The translations under genes were made by a program, and so were the position numbers. From an uncultured Desulfohalobiaceae bacterium (GTDB lineage: Bacteria; Desulfobacterota; Desulfovibrionia; Desulfovibrionales; CAZUBS01), in assembly GCA_964594925.1 (NCBI GenBank), contig CAZQOG010000003.1, forward strand, positions 1-63,572: DNA of 63,572 nt, given 5' to 3'. Positions 20,364-31,908 of this stretch are shown piece by piece. How positions within the stretch are numbered: position 1 is the first letter of the stretch; each line of letters starts with the position of its first letter. The notes beneath the pieces were generated by a model. The model saw only the letters and a program-made list of their open reading frames with translations. It had not been told where the DNA came from and ran no database searches.

Positions 20364-21062
20364 ATGAAGACGTTACGCATGGCAGCTATGGTATTGTTTG
20401 CCTTTGCCCTGGTGGGACTTGCCGGGCAGGTCCAGGCGCAGACGCACAGCCCCTATGGTCCCCATTATGGGCAGCGGGGCACGTTTGGGCCGGCCTATGA
20501 CATGTATTGGCCCGGAGCCGAGGATCCCCAGTGGGAAGGGAGAGGCCAGGATACGCGCCAAGGCATGAGAAGCCAGGGTCCGGCCCACACGCCCTACGGC
20601 CCCCATTATGGGCAGCGGGGCACGTTTGGTCCGGCCTTTGACATGTATTGGCCCGGAGCCGAAGATCCCCAGTGGCAAGGGAGAGGCCAGGGCATGCGCC
20701 CCGGCATGAGAAGCCAGGGTCCGGCCCATACCCCGTACGGACCCCATTACGGGCAACGGGGAACCTTCGGCCCGACCTTTGGAATGGATTGGCCCGGCGC
20801 TTACGAAAAGGAGTATGACGAGGAGGAGCAGCGGAAGCTCGGCGAGCTGTGGATGATCCACTACGACAAGGTCTCGCCCATCCGGCAGGAGATCCGCAAG
20901 AAGAAACAGGCCATCAACCAGGAACTCTACTCCGACAATCCCGACAAGCAAGAGCTGGACAGCCTGCGCCAGGACCTGAACGAGCTCTACTCCGAGCTGA
21001 TCGAGGAGCAAGTTAGATTCAGACAGGAGGCCTATGAGAAGACCGGCGTCAAGTACGACTAG
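20364..21062 (+). CDS. Secreted protein: three tandem 47-aa His/Tyr/Trp/Gly-rich repeats plus a C-terminal Spy/CpxP/ZraP-like helical domain
   Basis: AGGAGG RBS and a signal peptide (...GQVQA). Repeats are H(S/T)PYGPHYGQRGTFGPA(Y/F)DMYWPGAEDPQW.GRGQ...MRSQGPA. The C-terminus resembles the periplasmic heavy-metal-sensor/Spy family. Confidence 0.7.
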   Translation: MKTLRMAAMVLFAFALVGLAGQVQAQTHSPYGPHYGQRGTFGPAYDMYWPGAEDPQWEGRGQDTRQGMRSQGPAHTPYGPHYGQRGTFGPAFDMYWPGAEDPQWQGRGQGMRPGMRSQGPAHTPYGPHYGQRGTFGPTFGMDWPGAYEKEYDEEEQRKLGELWMIHYDKVSPIRQEIRKKKQAINQELYSDNPDKQELDSLRQDLNELYSELIEEQVRFRQEAYEKTGVKYD

Positions 21063-21142
21063 ATCTCTCAGGGTGGCTGGTGGATGATGGCCCCTGACAT
21101 GAGGGCTGTAGACTAACCACACGACAGCAAATCAGAAAAACC

Positions 21143-21172
21143 AAGGCCGGGGGAATGCTCCCGGCCTTTTTT
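21143..21172. terminator. Rho-independent terminator (bidirectional context)
   Basis: AAGGCCGGG-ggaatgct-CCCGGCCTT-TTTT between convergent genes. Confidence 0.75.
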
Positions 21173-21191
21173 GTGGGAGGTTTCGATTTTT

Positions 21192-22739
21192 TCAGAATCG
21201 CTCCTCCCGGTCCAGGAAGCGGTAGTTGAGTGCCTCGGCCAGGTGGGGCACGTTGAGCCCGGGGTCGCCGGCCAGGTCGGCAATGGTGCGGGCGATGCGC
21301 AGGATGCGGGTGAAGGCCCTGGCGGACAGCCCCAGCCTGCGCACGGCCTGCTCCAGGAAGTCGTGCTCCTGGCTTTCCAGGGCACAGAACTGTTGCAGCC
21401 AGCGGCCCGACAGGTCGCTGTTGGTGCGCGGGGGAAGATCCCTGTAGCGCTGGTCCTGGACCTCGCGGGCCTGCCCGATGCGGGAGCGCATGGTGGCCGA
21501 GTCCAGGCTGCCCCGGTCCTGCCGGAGCTCCTTGTAGGGCACGGTGGGGACCTCCACCTGCAGGTCGATGCGGTCCAGCAGGGGGCCGGACAGGCGGGCC
21601 CGGTAGCGCTGGAGCTGCTGCGGTGTGCAGGTGCAGGGGTGCTGCTCGTGGGTGCGGAAGCCGCAGGGGCAGGGGTTCATGGCCGCCACCAGCATGAACG
21701 CGGCAGGGTAGGTCAGGGAGACCGCGGCCCGGGAGATGGTCACCTGACCGTCCTCCAGGGGCTGGCGCAGGACCTCGAGCACGTTCTTCTTGAACTCGGG
21801 CAGCTCGTCCAGGAAGAGCACTCCCCGGTGCCCCAGGGAGACCTCCCCCGGCCTGGGGTAGTGGCCGCCGCCGATGAGACCTGCGTCCGAAATGGTGTGG
21901 TGGGGGGAGCGGAAAGGCCTGGTGACCAGCAGCGGGCGACCCTCCTCGAGCATGGTGGCCACGGAGTAGATCTTGGTCACCTCCAGGGCCTCGTCAAAGG
22001 CCAGGGGCGGCAGCACCGTGGGGATGCGCCTGGCCAGCATGGTCTTGCCCGATCCGGGCGGCCCCATGAACAGGAGATTGTGCCCGCCGGCCGCGGCGAT
22101 CTCGATGGCCCGCTTGGCATGCTCCTGTCCCTTGACCTCGCTGAAGTCCACCTGATGCTGCTCCCGCGCGGCCCACAGCTCCTCGATGTCACAGACCGCC
22201 GGCCGGGCTTTCTCCTCGCCGGCCACGATGCGCACGGCCTGTCCCAGGGTGTCCACCGGGACGACCACCAGCTCCTTGACCACGGCGGCCTCGGCCGCGT
22301 TTCCCCGGGGGACCAGCAGGCACCTGGCCTGCTGGTCCCTGGCCTTGAGGGCCATGGGCAGCACGCCGGGAACGGGCTTGACCTCACCGGTCAGGGAGAG
22401 CTCCCCGGCCGAGTAGATCCCGTGCAGCTGTCTGCGCTGCAGGGTGTCGTTGGCGGCCAGCAGCCCCAAGGCCAGGGGGAGGTCGTAGCTGGAGCCGGCC
22501 TTGCGCACGTCGGCCGGGGCCAGGTTGACGGTGATGCGGGATGGCGGGAGCTTGAAGCCTGAGTTCTTGAGGGCGGTGAAGACCCGCTCCTTGGACTCGC
22601 GCACCGCCCCCTCGGCCAGCCCGACCATGATGTAGGCGGGCAACCCCGAACGGGCCAAATCGACCTCCAGCTCCACAGTGTAGGCATCAATGCCCAGCAA
22701 AGCGGCGGTTGCAGTGGTTGCAATCATGGTGCTCCACAT
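21192..22739 (-). CDS. comM: YifB/ComM family Mg-chelatase-like AAA+ ATPase
   Basis: Lon-like N-domain, Walker A GPPGSGKT, ChlI-type AAA core and C-terminal Mg_chelatase_C region. The start may instead be the ATG at 22725-22727. Confidence 0.9.
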   Translation of the reverse strand: MWSTMIATTATAALLGIDAYTVELEVDLARSGLPAYIMVGLAEGAVRESKERVFTALKNSGFKLPPSRITVNLAPADVRKAGSSYDLPLALGLLAANDTLQRRQLHGIYSAGELSLTGEVKPVPGVLPMALKARDQQARCLLVPRGNAAEAAVVKELVVVPVDTLGQAVRIVAGEEKARPAVCDIEELWAAREQHQVDFSEVKGQEHAKRAIEIAAAGGHNLLFMGPPGSGKTMLARRIPTVLPPLAFDEALEVTKIYSVATMLEEGRPLLVTRPFRSPHHTISDAGLIGGGHYPRPGEVSLGHRGVLFLDELPEFKKNVLEVLRQPLEDGQVTISRAAVSLTYPAAFMLVAAMNPCPCGFRTHEQHPCTCTPQQLQRYRARLSGPLLDRIDLQVEVPTVPYKELRQDRGSLDSATMRSRIGQAREVQDQRYRDLPPRTNSDLSGRWLQQFCALESQEHDFLEQAVRRLGLSARAFTRILRIARTIADLAGDPGLNVPHLAEALNYRFLDREERF

Positions 22740-23035
22740 GACGGAACTTGTGTTCTGGTTTTATGTGTCCCTGATCATAAGTCGCAGAAGAGTTTATTAC
22801 CCTGAAAAATATTATTTTAAAAGAATTATTCAAGTCGCAATGTGACCGGAAATAGACGAGATCATGGGCAATGGCAAGCTTGAAAAGTCGCAATGGGATG
22901 TCCGGGTTGGGTGAGCCGGCCCAATCTCTCGGGGGGCTGTGGAGACGTTCCGGGAGTCTGGTCATATGACCCTGGCTCATGTAAGGGAAAGGCTCGGAAA
23001 GAAAATCTTATCGCGGGCTGTACTGGAGAGGGTTC

Positions 23036-25798
23036 ATGCCGGCTTTGCCAGAAAAGATCGATCAGGAAAGTTGCGAGCTGCTGCAGCGGGCCATGGAAGC
23101 CGGGGGCGTGTTCGCCTTTGAGTGGGAGCCGGCCCAGGACAGGACCCTGCGCTCCGAGTCGGCTGCCGGAATCCTGGGCCTGGACCCGGAGCTGTCCAGG
23201 GAGACAACCGGAAAGGACCATTTCGAGCGGGTCCACGAGCAGGACAGGCCGGCTTTCAAGGCCATGGTCGAGCAGCTGCACCCCGGGCAGCCGGCATACA
23301 GTGTCACCTACCGGTTCAGGCGTCCGGACGGCGGGGTGATCTGGCTGGAGGAAAGCGGCACGGCCTTGTTCGACGGGGACGGGACAATGATCCAGCTGAC
23401 AGGGGTCGTCTCGGACATCACCGAACGCAGAAGGATCGAGGACGCCCTGCAGGCGGAACGGGCCAAGCTGTACGGTATCCTGAACAGCATGCACGACGGG
23501 GTGTGCATCATCTCGGCCGATTATGAGCTGGAGTACGTCAACCCTGTTCTGGAGCGGGACTTCGGCCCGGTGGAGGGGAAGAAGTGCTACGCCTACTTCC
23601 ACGACCGGAACGCAGCCTGCACACGCTGCAGAAACCCCGACATCCTGGCCGGCAGGACACTGCGCTGGGAGTGGTACTCGCCAAAGGTGGACAAGACCTA
23701 CGACCTGATCGACTCTCCACTTTGCAACCCGGGCGGCTCCGTTTCCAAGCTGGAGATCCTGCGGGACATCAGCGAACGCAAGCAGGCCGAGCAGCGGCAG
23801 CGGGAAAAGGATCGTGAGTTTCGCACCCTGGCGGAGCACACCCCGGACGTCATCGTGCGCTACGACCGCCAGTACATCCGCGTCTATGCCAACCCGGCCC
23901 TGGCCCGTCTGACCGGCAGGCCCCTGAAGGAGTTCGTGGGCAGGCCGGTCTACGAGCCGGATATCAGCGAGAGGGCCGAGTTGGTCGACCGGATCGAGCG
24001 GGCCCTGACCCGGGTGTACAAGACGGGCAAGGAGACCAGCTTCGAGTCCTGGATGGCCACCCGGGAAGGGGTGCGCTGGTTCACCAACATCGCGGTTCCG
24101 GAACGGGAGACCACGGGCCGCTTCGAAACCGTCCTGGTCGTGTCCAGGGACATCACCGAGTACAAGCGTCTCCAGGACAAGCTGCACAGGGCCAGGGACG
24201 TGGCGGAAAAACGCTCCAGCGAGCTGAGCGCCTCCCTGGAGGCCATGGCGGACGGGGTCGTTTTTTACGACACCGGGCACAAGATCTCGGCCATGAACCC
24301 CGCTGCCGAGCGCATCCTGGGCTTCACCCTCGAGGAGGTGGAGGATTTACCCGCTGCGGAGCGCATCGCCCTTTTTCAGGTCAGGTCCGCCGCGGGCGAC
24401 CTTTTGGAGAAGCAGGGCCTTGTGGGCTGGAAGGCGCTGCAGGGGGAGATCGTGGTCAATGAGGAGTTCCTGCTCTACCCCAGAGAAAGCGAGGCCCCGG
24501 TGCACGTCCTGTCCAGCGCTGCCCCGCTGCGGGATCTGGATGGCAGGGTGACCGGAGCGGTGCAGACCCTCACCGACATCACGGATCTGAAAAGGATCGA
24601 AAACGAGCTCCGGCAGGCCAAGCAGGAAGCCGAAACCGCCAACCGGGCCAAGTCGGAGTTTTTGTCCCACATGAGCCACGAGATACGCACCCCGCTCAAC
24701 GGGATCATCGGCCTGGCCGCGCTTGCCGGGCGCAGGACCCGAGAATCCGAGACGGGTGACTACCTGGCCATGATCAACGAATCCTCGGAACACCTGCTGG
24801 ACATCGTCAACGACATCCTGGACCTGTCCAAGATCGAAGCGGGCAGGACCGAGCTGCTCCCTGCGCCCTTCTCATTCCGGGAGTTTTTCGAGTCGACGCT
24901 CCGGCCACTGAGCATGGAGGCAGAGGGCAAGGGGCTCGACTTCCGATTCGAGACCGACCCTGCCATCCCGGACCGGCTGCTGGGAGACGTGGGCAGGATG
25001 CGCCAGGTGCTGGTCAACATCGTGGGCAACGCCGTCAAGTTCACCGAGCAGGGCTCGATCACGGTCACTGCGGAGCTGTCAGACGCCCCGGGATCAGCCA
25101 GCACCACAGAGGTCCGATTTTCAGTCGTTGACACGGGAATCGGCATTTCCAGGCAGGACCTGGGGCGGATCTTCGAGAGCTTTGACCAGGCACCCACCTC
25201 GGCCCACGTCACCTATGGCGGGACCGGCCTGGGGCTGACCATATCCAGAAGCCTCATCGAGATGATGGGAGGGGACATCGTGGTTGCAAGCGAGAAGGAC
25301 CGGGGCAGCACCTTCACCTTCACCATGGAGCTGCAGCAGGACCAGGAAAGAGCCGCGCCTGCTGCAAAGCCACGGGTTGCAGGACAAAAGCCGGGCCCTC
25401 TCAAGCTCCTGGTGGCCGAGGACAACGCCCTGAACCTGATCGTCATCGAGGAGCTGCTCAAGGACGCCGGACACCAGGTGGTTGTGGCGCGCAACGGCCT
25501 GGAGGTTCTGGAAGAGCTGGGCCGGAAGTCCTTCGACGCGGTGCTCATGGACATCTCCATGCCCGAGCTGTCCGGCGACGAAGCTGCCCGGGCCATCCGC
25601 AACGACCCGCCCCCGGGGGTGGACCCGGGCGTGCCCATCATCGCCCTGACAGCCTACGCCCTGGACACCGACAGGGTCCGGTTTGCAGGCTGCGGCTTCA
25701 ACGCCTACCTGACCAAGCCGGTGGAGTTCGAGGATCTGGAGGAGGTCCTGGCGGAGGTGGTTGGGGGGGGAGCTGGAAGCTCGAAGCTGGAAGCTTGA
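23036..25798 (+). CDS. Multi-PAS hybrid sensor histidine kinase / response regulator
   Basis: Several PAS modules, H-box SHEIRTPLNGI, HATPase_c (DTGIGI, GGTGLGLTI) and REC (DAVLMDISMPELSG). The last codons (GAGSSKLEA) are encoded by the heptamer array. Confidence 0.9.
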   Translation: MPALPEKIDQESCELLQRAMEAGGVFAFEWEPAQDRTLRSESAAGILGLDPELSRETTGKDHFERVHEQDRPAFKAMVEQLHPGQPAYSVTYRFRRPDGGVIWLEESGTALFDGDGTMIQLTGVVSDITERRRIEDALQAERAKLYGILNSMHDGVCIISADYELEYVNPVLERDFGPVEGKKCYAYFHDRNAACTRCRNPDILAGRTLRWEWYSPKVDKTYDLIDSPLCNPGGSVSKLEILRDISERKQAEQRQREKDREFRTLAEHTPDVIVRYDRQYIRVYANPALARLTGRPLKEFVGRPVYEPDISERAELVDRIERALTRVYKTGKETSFESWMATREGVRWFTNIAVPERETTGRFETVLVVSRDITEYKRLQDKLHRARDVAEKRSSELSASLEAMADGVVFYDTGHKISAMNPAAERILGFTLEEVEDLPAAERIALFQVRSAAGDLLEKQGLVGWKALQGEIVVNEEFLLYPRESEAPVHVLSSAAPLRDLDGRVTGAVQTLTDITDLKRIENELRQAKQEAETANRAKSEFLSHMSHEIRTPLNGIIGLAALAGRRTRESETGDYLAMINESSEHLLDIVNDILDLSKIEAGRTELLPAPFSFREFFESTLRPLSMEAEGKGLDFRFETDPAIPDRLLGDVGRMRQVLVNIVGNAVKFTEQGSITVTAELSDAPGSASTTEVRFSVVDTGIGISRQDLGRIFESFDQAPTSAHVTYGGTGLGLTISRSLIEMMGGDIVVASEKDRGSTFTFTMELQQDQERAAPAAKPRVAGQKPGPLKLLVAEDNALNLIVIEELLKDAGHQVVVARNGLEVLEELGRKSFDAVLMDISMPELSGDEAARAIRNDPPPGVDPGVPIIALTAYALDTDRVRFAGCGFNAYLTKPVEFEDLEEVLAEVVGGGAGSSKLEA

Positions 25799-25947
25799 AG
25801 CAAGACTGAAGAGAGAAACAGCTGGAAGCTCAAAGCTGAAAGCTCGAAGAATACCGCTCAACTGACAACGCGTGACGGAATCAAGAGGGATCCAGGCAAC
25901 CGTCTTATGCTTGTGCTCTTGCTTCCAGCTTCCAGCTTCGAGCTTCA
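25771..25947. repeat. Heptamer-array hairpin: AGCTGGA/AGCTCGA units 25771-25806 pair with 25917-25947 (1 mismatch over ~30 nt); ~110-nt spacer with more heptamers
   Basis: GAAGCTCGAAGCTGGAAGCTTGAAGCAAGA versus reverse complement TGAAGCTCGAAGCTGGAAGCTGGAAGCAAGA. Confidence 0.85.
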
Positions 25948-25963
25948 TCCGCGCGCAGCGCGG

Positions 25964-26563
25964 CTATCCTACCGGGTCGGCTATGCGGTTCCAGCGGATG
26001 TCGGAGATGCCGTTCCAGGACCAGTAGATGATCCAGGCCTTGCCCTTGATCTTTTCCCGGGGCAAAAAGCCCCAGAAGCGTGAGTCATAGGACTCGTCCC
26101 GGTTGTCCCCCATGACGAAGTAGTGCTCCTTGGGCACCACCACCGGCCCGAAGTTGTCCCGCTGAGGCAGGATCTTTTTGTCGGTGTGCTGCACATAGGG
26201 TTCCTCCTGCAGGACGCTGTTTCGCAGGAGCTGCTTGTTGCGGATCTCGATGGTGTCGCCGGGCAGGCCGACCACGCGCTTGATGAAGTCCTTGGAGCCG
26301 TCCTCGGGAAACTCGAACACGATGATGTCCCTGACCTCAGGGTCGGAGATGGGGACGACGGTGGTGTGGGTGAAGGGGATCTTGATCCCGTACAGGAACT
26401 TGTTCACCAGCAGGTGGTCGCCGATCTGCAAGGTCTCCAGCATGGAGCCCGAGGGAATCTTGAAGGCCTGGACCACGAAAGAGCGGATGAAGAAGGCCAG
26501 GACCAGGGCGATGATCAGGGCCTCGGCATATTCCTTGAGCAGCTTCTGCCAGCGTGGGGTCAT
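25964..26563 (-). CDS. lepB: Signal peptidase I
   Basis: S26 motifs IPSGSMLETL and GDNRDESYDSRFWG. Lies downstream of lepA, as in many bacteria. Confidence 0.9.
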   Translation of the reverse strand: MTPRWQKLLKEYAEALIIALVLAFFIRSFVVQAFKIPSGSMLETLQIGDHLLVNKFLYGIKIPFTHTTVVPISDPEVRDIIVFEFPEDGSKDFIKRVVGLPGDTIEIRNKQLLRNSVLQEEPYVQHTDKKILPQRDNFGPVVVPKEHYFVMGDNRDESYDSRFWGFLPREKIKGKAWIIYWSWNGISDIRWNRIADPVG

Positions 26564-26597
26564 GGTGTCGCTTCTTGGTTGAGAAAGTGGTGTTGGC

Positions 26598-26656
26598 CGA
26601 CGTCGAACTTCGAACCAAAATTTCTTGCTTTGAGCTTTCAGCTTTGAGCTTCGAGC
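26598..26656. repeat. Heptamer units (TCGAACT, GCTTTGA/GCTTTCA) in the lepA-lepB spacer
   Basis: cgacgtcgaacttcgaacc...gctttgagctttcagctttgagcttcgagc. Confidence 0.8.
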
Positions 26657-26665
26657 CCGCCTTTC

Positions 26666-28471
<1,806 letters not shown>

Positions 28472-28578
28472 CGGATAGTGGATCCGCCGGTTTGATTGCG
28501 GGGCGCGGGATGCCCCGGACGGCAGAAGAGTTGAGAACTATAATCACCGTTGGGGCAAAGTGCAACAGGCGCCCTGGG

Positions 28579-28779
28579 GTTCGGAGTTGGAAGTTCGAAG
28601 CTCGAAGCTGGAAGGAAGCAGCTCAAAGCTCAAAGCTGAAAGCAGGAAATGAATGACATTGCTCAATGCTCAAGGCTGAATGCTCAATGCAAGAAGAAGA
28701 GTTTGATGGTCCGATGCTCGGGAACATCATATTTCTTGCCTGAGAACTTAGAGCTTCCGACTTCGAACTTCGAACTTCC
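28579..28779. repeat. Heptamer-array hairpin arms (28579-28619 / 28751-28779) enclosing GCTCAAA/GCTGAAA and GCTCAAT units
   Basis: GGAAGTTCGAAGCTCGAAGCTGGAAGG versus reverse complement GGAAGTTCGAAGTTCGAAGTCGGAAGCTC. Confidence 0.8.
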
Positions 28780-28871
28780 CGGCCACGTAGGGAGTTTTCC
28801 CTTGCTAGCTGGACCAATTAACGCTAATTTGCCGTCAACATTGATCTTCCAGACACAGCACCGGTCAGCAT

Positions 28872-29735
28872 ATGCGCCTTTTGAAGACACTGGTCGTCCA
28901 TCCGGACCCCGAGGTCCGTCACCAGCTCCGGTACCTGCTTGGCGAGCTCAAGCAGGTCAAGGTGCTGGGCGAGGCCCTGTCCGCCTTCGAAGCCATGGAG
29001 ATGCTCGACTTCATCCCCTACGATGTCTTCATCATCGGCGTGGACCTGCCCAACGGGGTCAACGGCATCGAGCTGGGCCAGATGCTGGGCAAGCGTCAGC
29101 AGCGCCCAGTGCTGGTCTACATCGCCACAGACGAGAGCCTGGCCTACAAGGCCTTTGAGCTGGGCGCCGCCGACTACATCATCTGGCCCCTGGACGGGCA
29201 GCGGCTCAAGCTGACCGAGGAGCGTCTGGTGCGCTACGTCCCCGACGAGGAGCCCGAGGTGGAGGCCGGGTCGTGGATGCCCAGGCGCTTTCAGGACGAC
29301 GGTGAAGAGGAGACCCTGCACCTGCAGCTTCCCGAGGAGGACCAGGACCGTTTTCTCCAGGCCCTGCGGCAGGCCTGGGATTTCAGCCACAGGCAGGTGG
29401 AGATCGAAAAGCTGCCCATCACCGAAGAGGGCAAGACCGTCCTCATCCCCTACAACCAGATCGTTTTCATCGAGGCCTACGAGGACTACAGCTTCGTGCA
29501 CACTTCGGCCCAGAAGCACCTGACCTCCTACCGCCTCAAGAATCTGGAGGACCGCCTCAGACACCACGGGTTTTTCAGGGTGCACCGCAAGTACCTGGTC
29601 AACCTGGAGATGGTCACTGAAATCGCCTCCATGCCCGGGAGCAATTTCATGCTGCGCACTGCAGGGCGCAAGCGCATCGAGCTGCCCATCAGCAGGCGGC
29701 GCATCTCGGAACTGAAGCAGATCCTGGGGTTGTAG
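28872..29735 (+). CDS. LytR/AlgR-family response regulator (REC + LytTR DNA-binding domain)
   Basis: REC with acceptor Asp in DVFIIGVDLP. C-terminal LytTR (FFRVHRKYLVNL). No kinase gene is adjacent. Confidence 0.85.
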   Translation: MRLLKTLVVHPDPEVRHQLRYLLGELKQVKVLGEALSAFEAMEMLDFIPYDVFIIGVDLPNGVNGIELGQMLGKRQQRPVLVYIATDESLAYKAFELGAADYIIWPLDGQRLKLTEERLVRYVPDEEPEVEAGSWMPRRFQDDGEEETLHLQLPEEDQDRFLQALRQAWDFSHRQVEIEKLPITEEGKTVLIPYNQIVFIEAYEDYSFVHTSAQKHLTSYRLKNLEDRLRHHGFFRVHRKYLVNLEMVTEIASMPGSNFMLRTAGRKRIELPISRRRISELKQILGL

Positions 29736-29890
29736 CGGGCCTGCTCCGTTGGACCGGGCAAAAAGGCCGCTGGTCGATTGTGGCTTTGCTGTTGCTGCCG
29801 GGCAGCGTAACCCGGAAAGTGCAGACGAGCGAGACGGGAAACAAGCCGGCGCCCATGCCCCTGCAGGGGCGCCAAACCGGAGGAGAGCGC

Positions 29891-31747
29891 ATGGTGCGCA
29901 CGCAAGGCGGCTTTGAGGATCTCGGGCAGGAGGAGCTGGTCTTCCGTCCCCTGCCCCAGATGGTCATCGAGGCCAACATCAATCCCCAGGAGTACGACAA
30001 GGCCCTGAAGTGGAGCCAGATGGACCCGGAAGGCTACTGGGAAGAAGCCGCCAGGGAGCTGTCCTGGTTCAAGAAGTGGAGCCGGGTGCTGGACGACTCC
30101 AACCCGCCGTTTTACCGGTGGTTCCCCGGGGCCAGGTGCAACATCGCCTACAACGCTCTGGACAGGCACATCGAGACGGCCAACAAGAACAAGCTGGCCC
30201 TGATCTGGGAGGGGGAGCCCGGGAACCAGCGCAAGCTGACCTACTACGAGCTCTACCGCGAGGTGAACCGTTTCGCCAATGCCCTGCGCTCACTCGGCGT
30301 GCAGCGCGGGGACCGGGTGGTCATCTACATGCCCCGCCTGCCCGAGACGATCGTGGCCATGCTCGCCGCGGCCAAGGTCGGGGCGGTGCACAGCATGGTC
30401 TACGCCGGCTACTCGGGCAGGGCCCTGCGGGAGCGCATCGAGGCCGCAGGGGCCAGGCTGGTGGTCACGGCGGACGGGTATTACCGTCACGGGCAGGTCA
30501 TCAACCTCAAGAAACGGGTGGACGAGGCCCTGGTGGGCGCTTCCAGGGATTGTGTCGACACCGTGGTGGTCGTGCACCGGGTCAATGTGGACGTGTCCAT
30601 GAACGAGCCCCACGACCTGTGGTACGAGGACCTGGTGCGGCAGGAGAGCCCCCACTTCTCCTGCGAGGTCATGGAGTCCACCGACCCCCTGTTCCTGATC
30701 CACACCGCCAGCGTGTCCGGGAGGCTGCGGGGCATCATCCACTCCCACGGCGGCTACATGGTCGGGGTGCAGCGCACCCTGCAGTGGGTCTTCGACATCA
30801 AGCCCACGGACATCTACTGGTGCACCACGGACGCGGCCTGGATCACCGGGCACAGCTACCTGGTCTACGGCCCGCTCATGGCCGGAACCACCACGGTCAT
30901 GTACGAGGGCGACCCCCTGTACCCCCAGGCGGACCGCATGTGGGACATTGTGTCCCGGTTCGGGGTCACTATCCTGTCCACCCTGCCCACCGAGATACGC
31001 ATGCTGATGCGTTTCGGCACCCAGTACCCCCGCCGGCACGATCTCTCCACCCTGCGGCTGCTCGGGTCCATGGGCGAGCCCTTCAACCAGCAAGCCTGGC
31101 TGTGGATGTACAAGCATATCGGCCGCTCGGAGTGCCCGATCATGGACACCTGGTGGCAGACCGAGACCGGGGCCTTCATGCTCAGTCCCCTGCCCATCTC
31201 GGTGCTCAAGCCCGGATCGGTGGGCAAACCCCTGCCGGGCATCGAGACAGAAGTGGTGGACGAAACAGGAGCCCCGGTCAGACAGGGGGAAACCGGACAC
31301 CTGGTCATCAAGCGTCCCTGGCCTTCCATGTTCCTGGGGCTGGACGGGGACGAGGCGGGGTTTCAGGAGGCCTACTGGGGGCAGTTTGGTGCGGGCACCT
31401 ACGCCACCGGAGACCTGGCGCGCATTGACGAGAACGGCTACTACTGGATCCTGGGACGGACCGACAACATGCTCAAGATCGCGGGGCACAGGTTGGGAGC
31501 TTCGGAAATGGAGGAGGCCCTCAGGTCGCACAAGGCCGTGGACCAGGTCCTGGTGGTGGGCATCCCGGACAAGGTCAAGGGCCAGGTGGCCAAGGCCTTC
31601 GTGGTCCTCAACCAGGCCTACCGGGACCCGGACGCCCCGGAGGAGCTGCTGGGGCAGCTCAAGGAGCACGTGCTCAAGGAGCTTGGCCAGGTGGCCGAGC
31701 TCAAGTCCATCGAGATCAGGGAGGAGCTGCCGGGGGAAGAAGGGTGA
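29891..31747 (+). CDS. Acetyl-CoA synthetase homolog (AMP-forming), C-terminally truncated and with a degenerate P-loop motif
   Basis: Acs-like throughout (WWQTETG, YATGDLARIDENGYYWILGRTDNMLKIAGHRLG). It ends ...SIEIREELPGEEG* where Acs enzymes continue LPKTRSGKIMRR. Motif YTSGSTGKPKG reads HTASVSGRLRG. Start is ATG 29891 with a GGAGGAG RBS. Confidence 0.75.
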   Translation: MVRTQGGFEDLGQEELVFRPLPQMVIEANINPQEYDKALKWSQMDPEGYWEEAARELSWFKKWSRVLDDSNPPFYRWFPGARCNIAYNALDRHIETANKNKLALIWEGEPGNQRKLTYYELYREVNRFANALRSLGVQRGDRVVIYMPRLPETIVAMLAAAKVGAVHSMVYAGYSGRALRERIEAAGARLVVTADGYYRHGQVINLKKRVDEALVGASRDCVDTVVVVHRVNVDVSMNEPHDLWYEDLVRQESPHFSCEVMESTDPLFLIHTASVSGRLRGIIHSHGGYMVGVQRTLQWVFDIKPTDIYWCTTDAAWITGHSYLVYGPLMAGTTTVMYEGDPLYPQADRMWDIVSRFGVTILSTLPTEIRMLMRFGTQYPRRHDLSTLRLLGSMGEPFNQQAWLWMYKHIGRSECPIMDTWWQTETGAFMLSPLPISVLKPGSVGKPLPGIETEVVDETGAPVRQGETGHLVIKRPWPSMFLGLDGDEAGFQEAYWGQFGAGTYATGDLARIDENGYYWILGRTDNMLKIAGHRLGASEMEEALRSHKAVDQVLVVGIPDKVKGQVAKAFVVLNQAYRDPDAPEELLGQLKEHVLKELGQVAELKSIEIREELPGEEG

Positions 31748-31752
31748 AGGCA

Positions 31753-31783
31753 GGCTGAAAGCTCAAAGCTGAAAGCTCAAAGC
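31753..31783. repeat. Heptamer array GGCTGAA/AGCTCAA x4
   Basis: ggctgaaagctcaaagctgaaagctcaaagc, immediately after the acs-like stop. Confidence 0.85.
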
Positions 31784-31908
31784 AAGAAAAAGATTCAACT
31801 CTTTAAGTTCTCTGATGTTTTGTGTGGAATTCCAGTATTGCGGCCACGAATTTGATGGATAGTTACACATCAAGTAAAGATAATTAAATCTTTGCACTTT
31901 TATCGGCA

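Noticed and set aside
19660-21062. Lower-GC patch as a genomic or defence island
   Set aside because: It contains only one unassigned small ORF and the secreted repeat protein. No integrase, tRNA, toxin, nuclease or ATPase genes are present, and I saw no flanking direct repeats.
28623-28890. Small ORFs in the lepA / LytTR-regulator spacer (28623-28817 -, 28684-28890 -, 28649-29158 +)
   Set aside because: They are translations of heptamer arrays and of the antisense strand of the regulator gene. They have no RBS and no coding-like composition.
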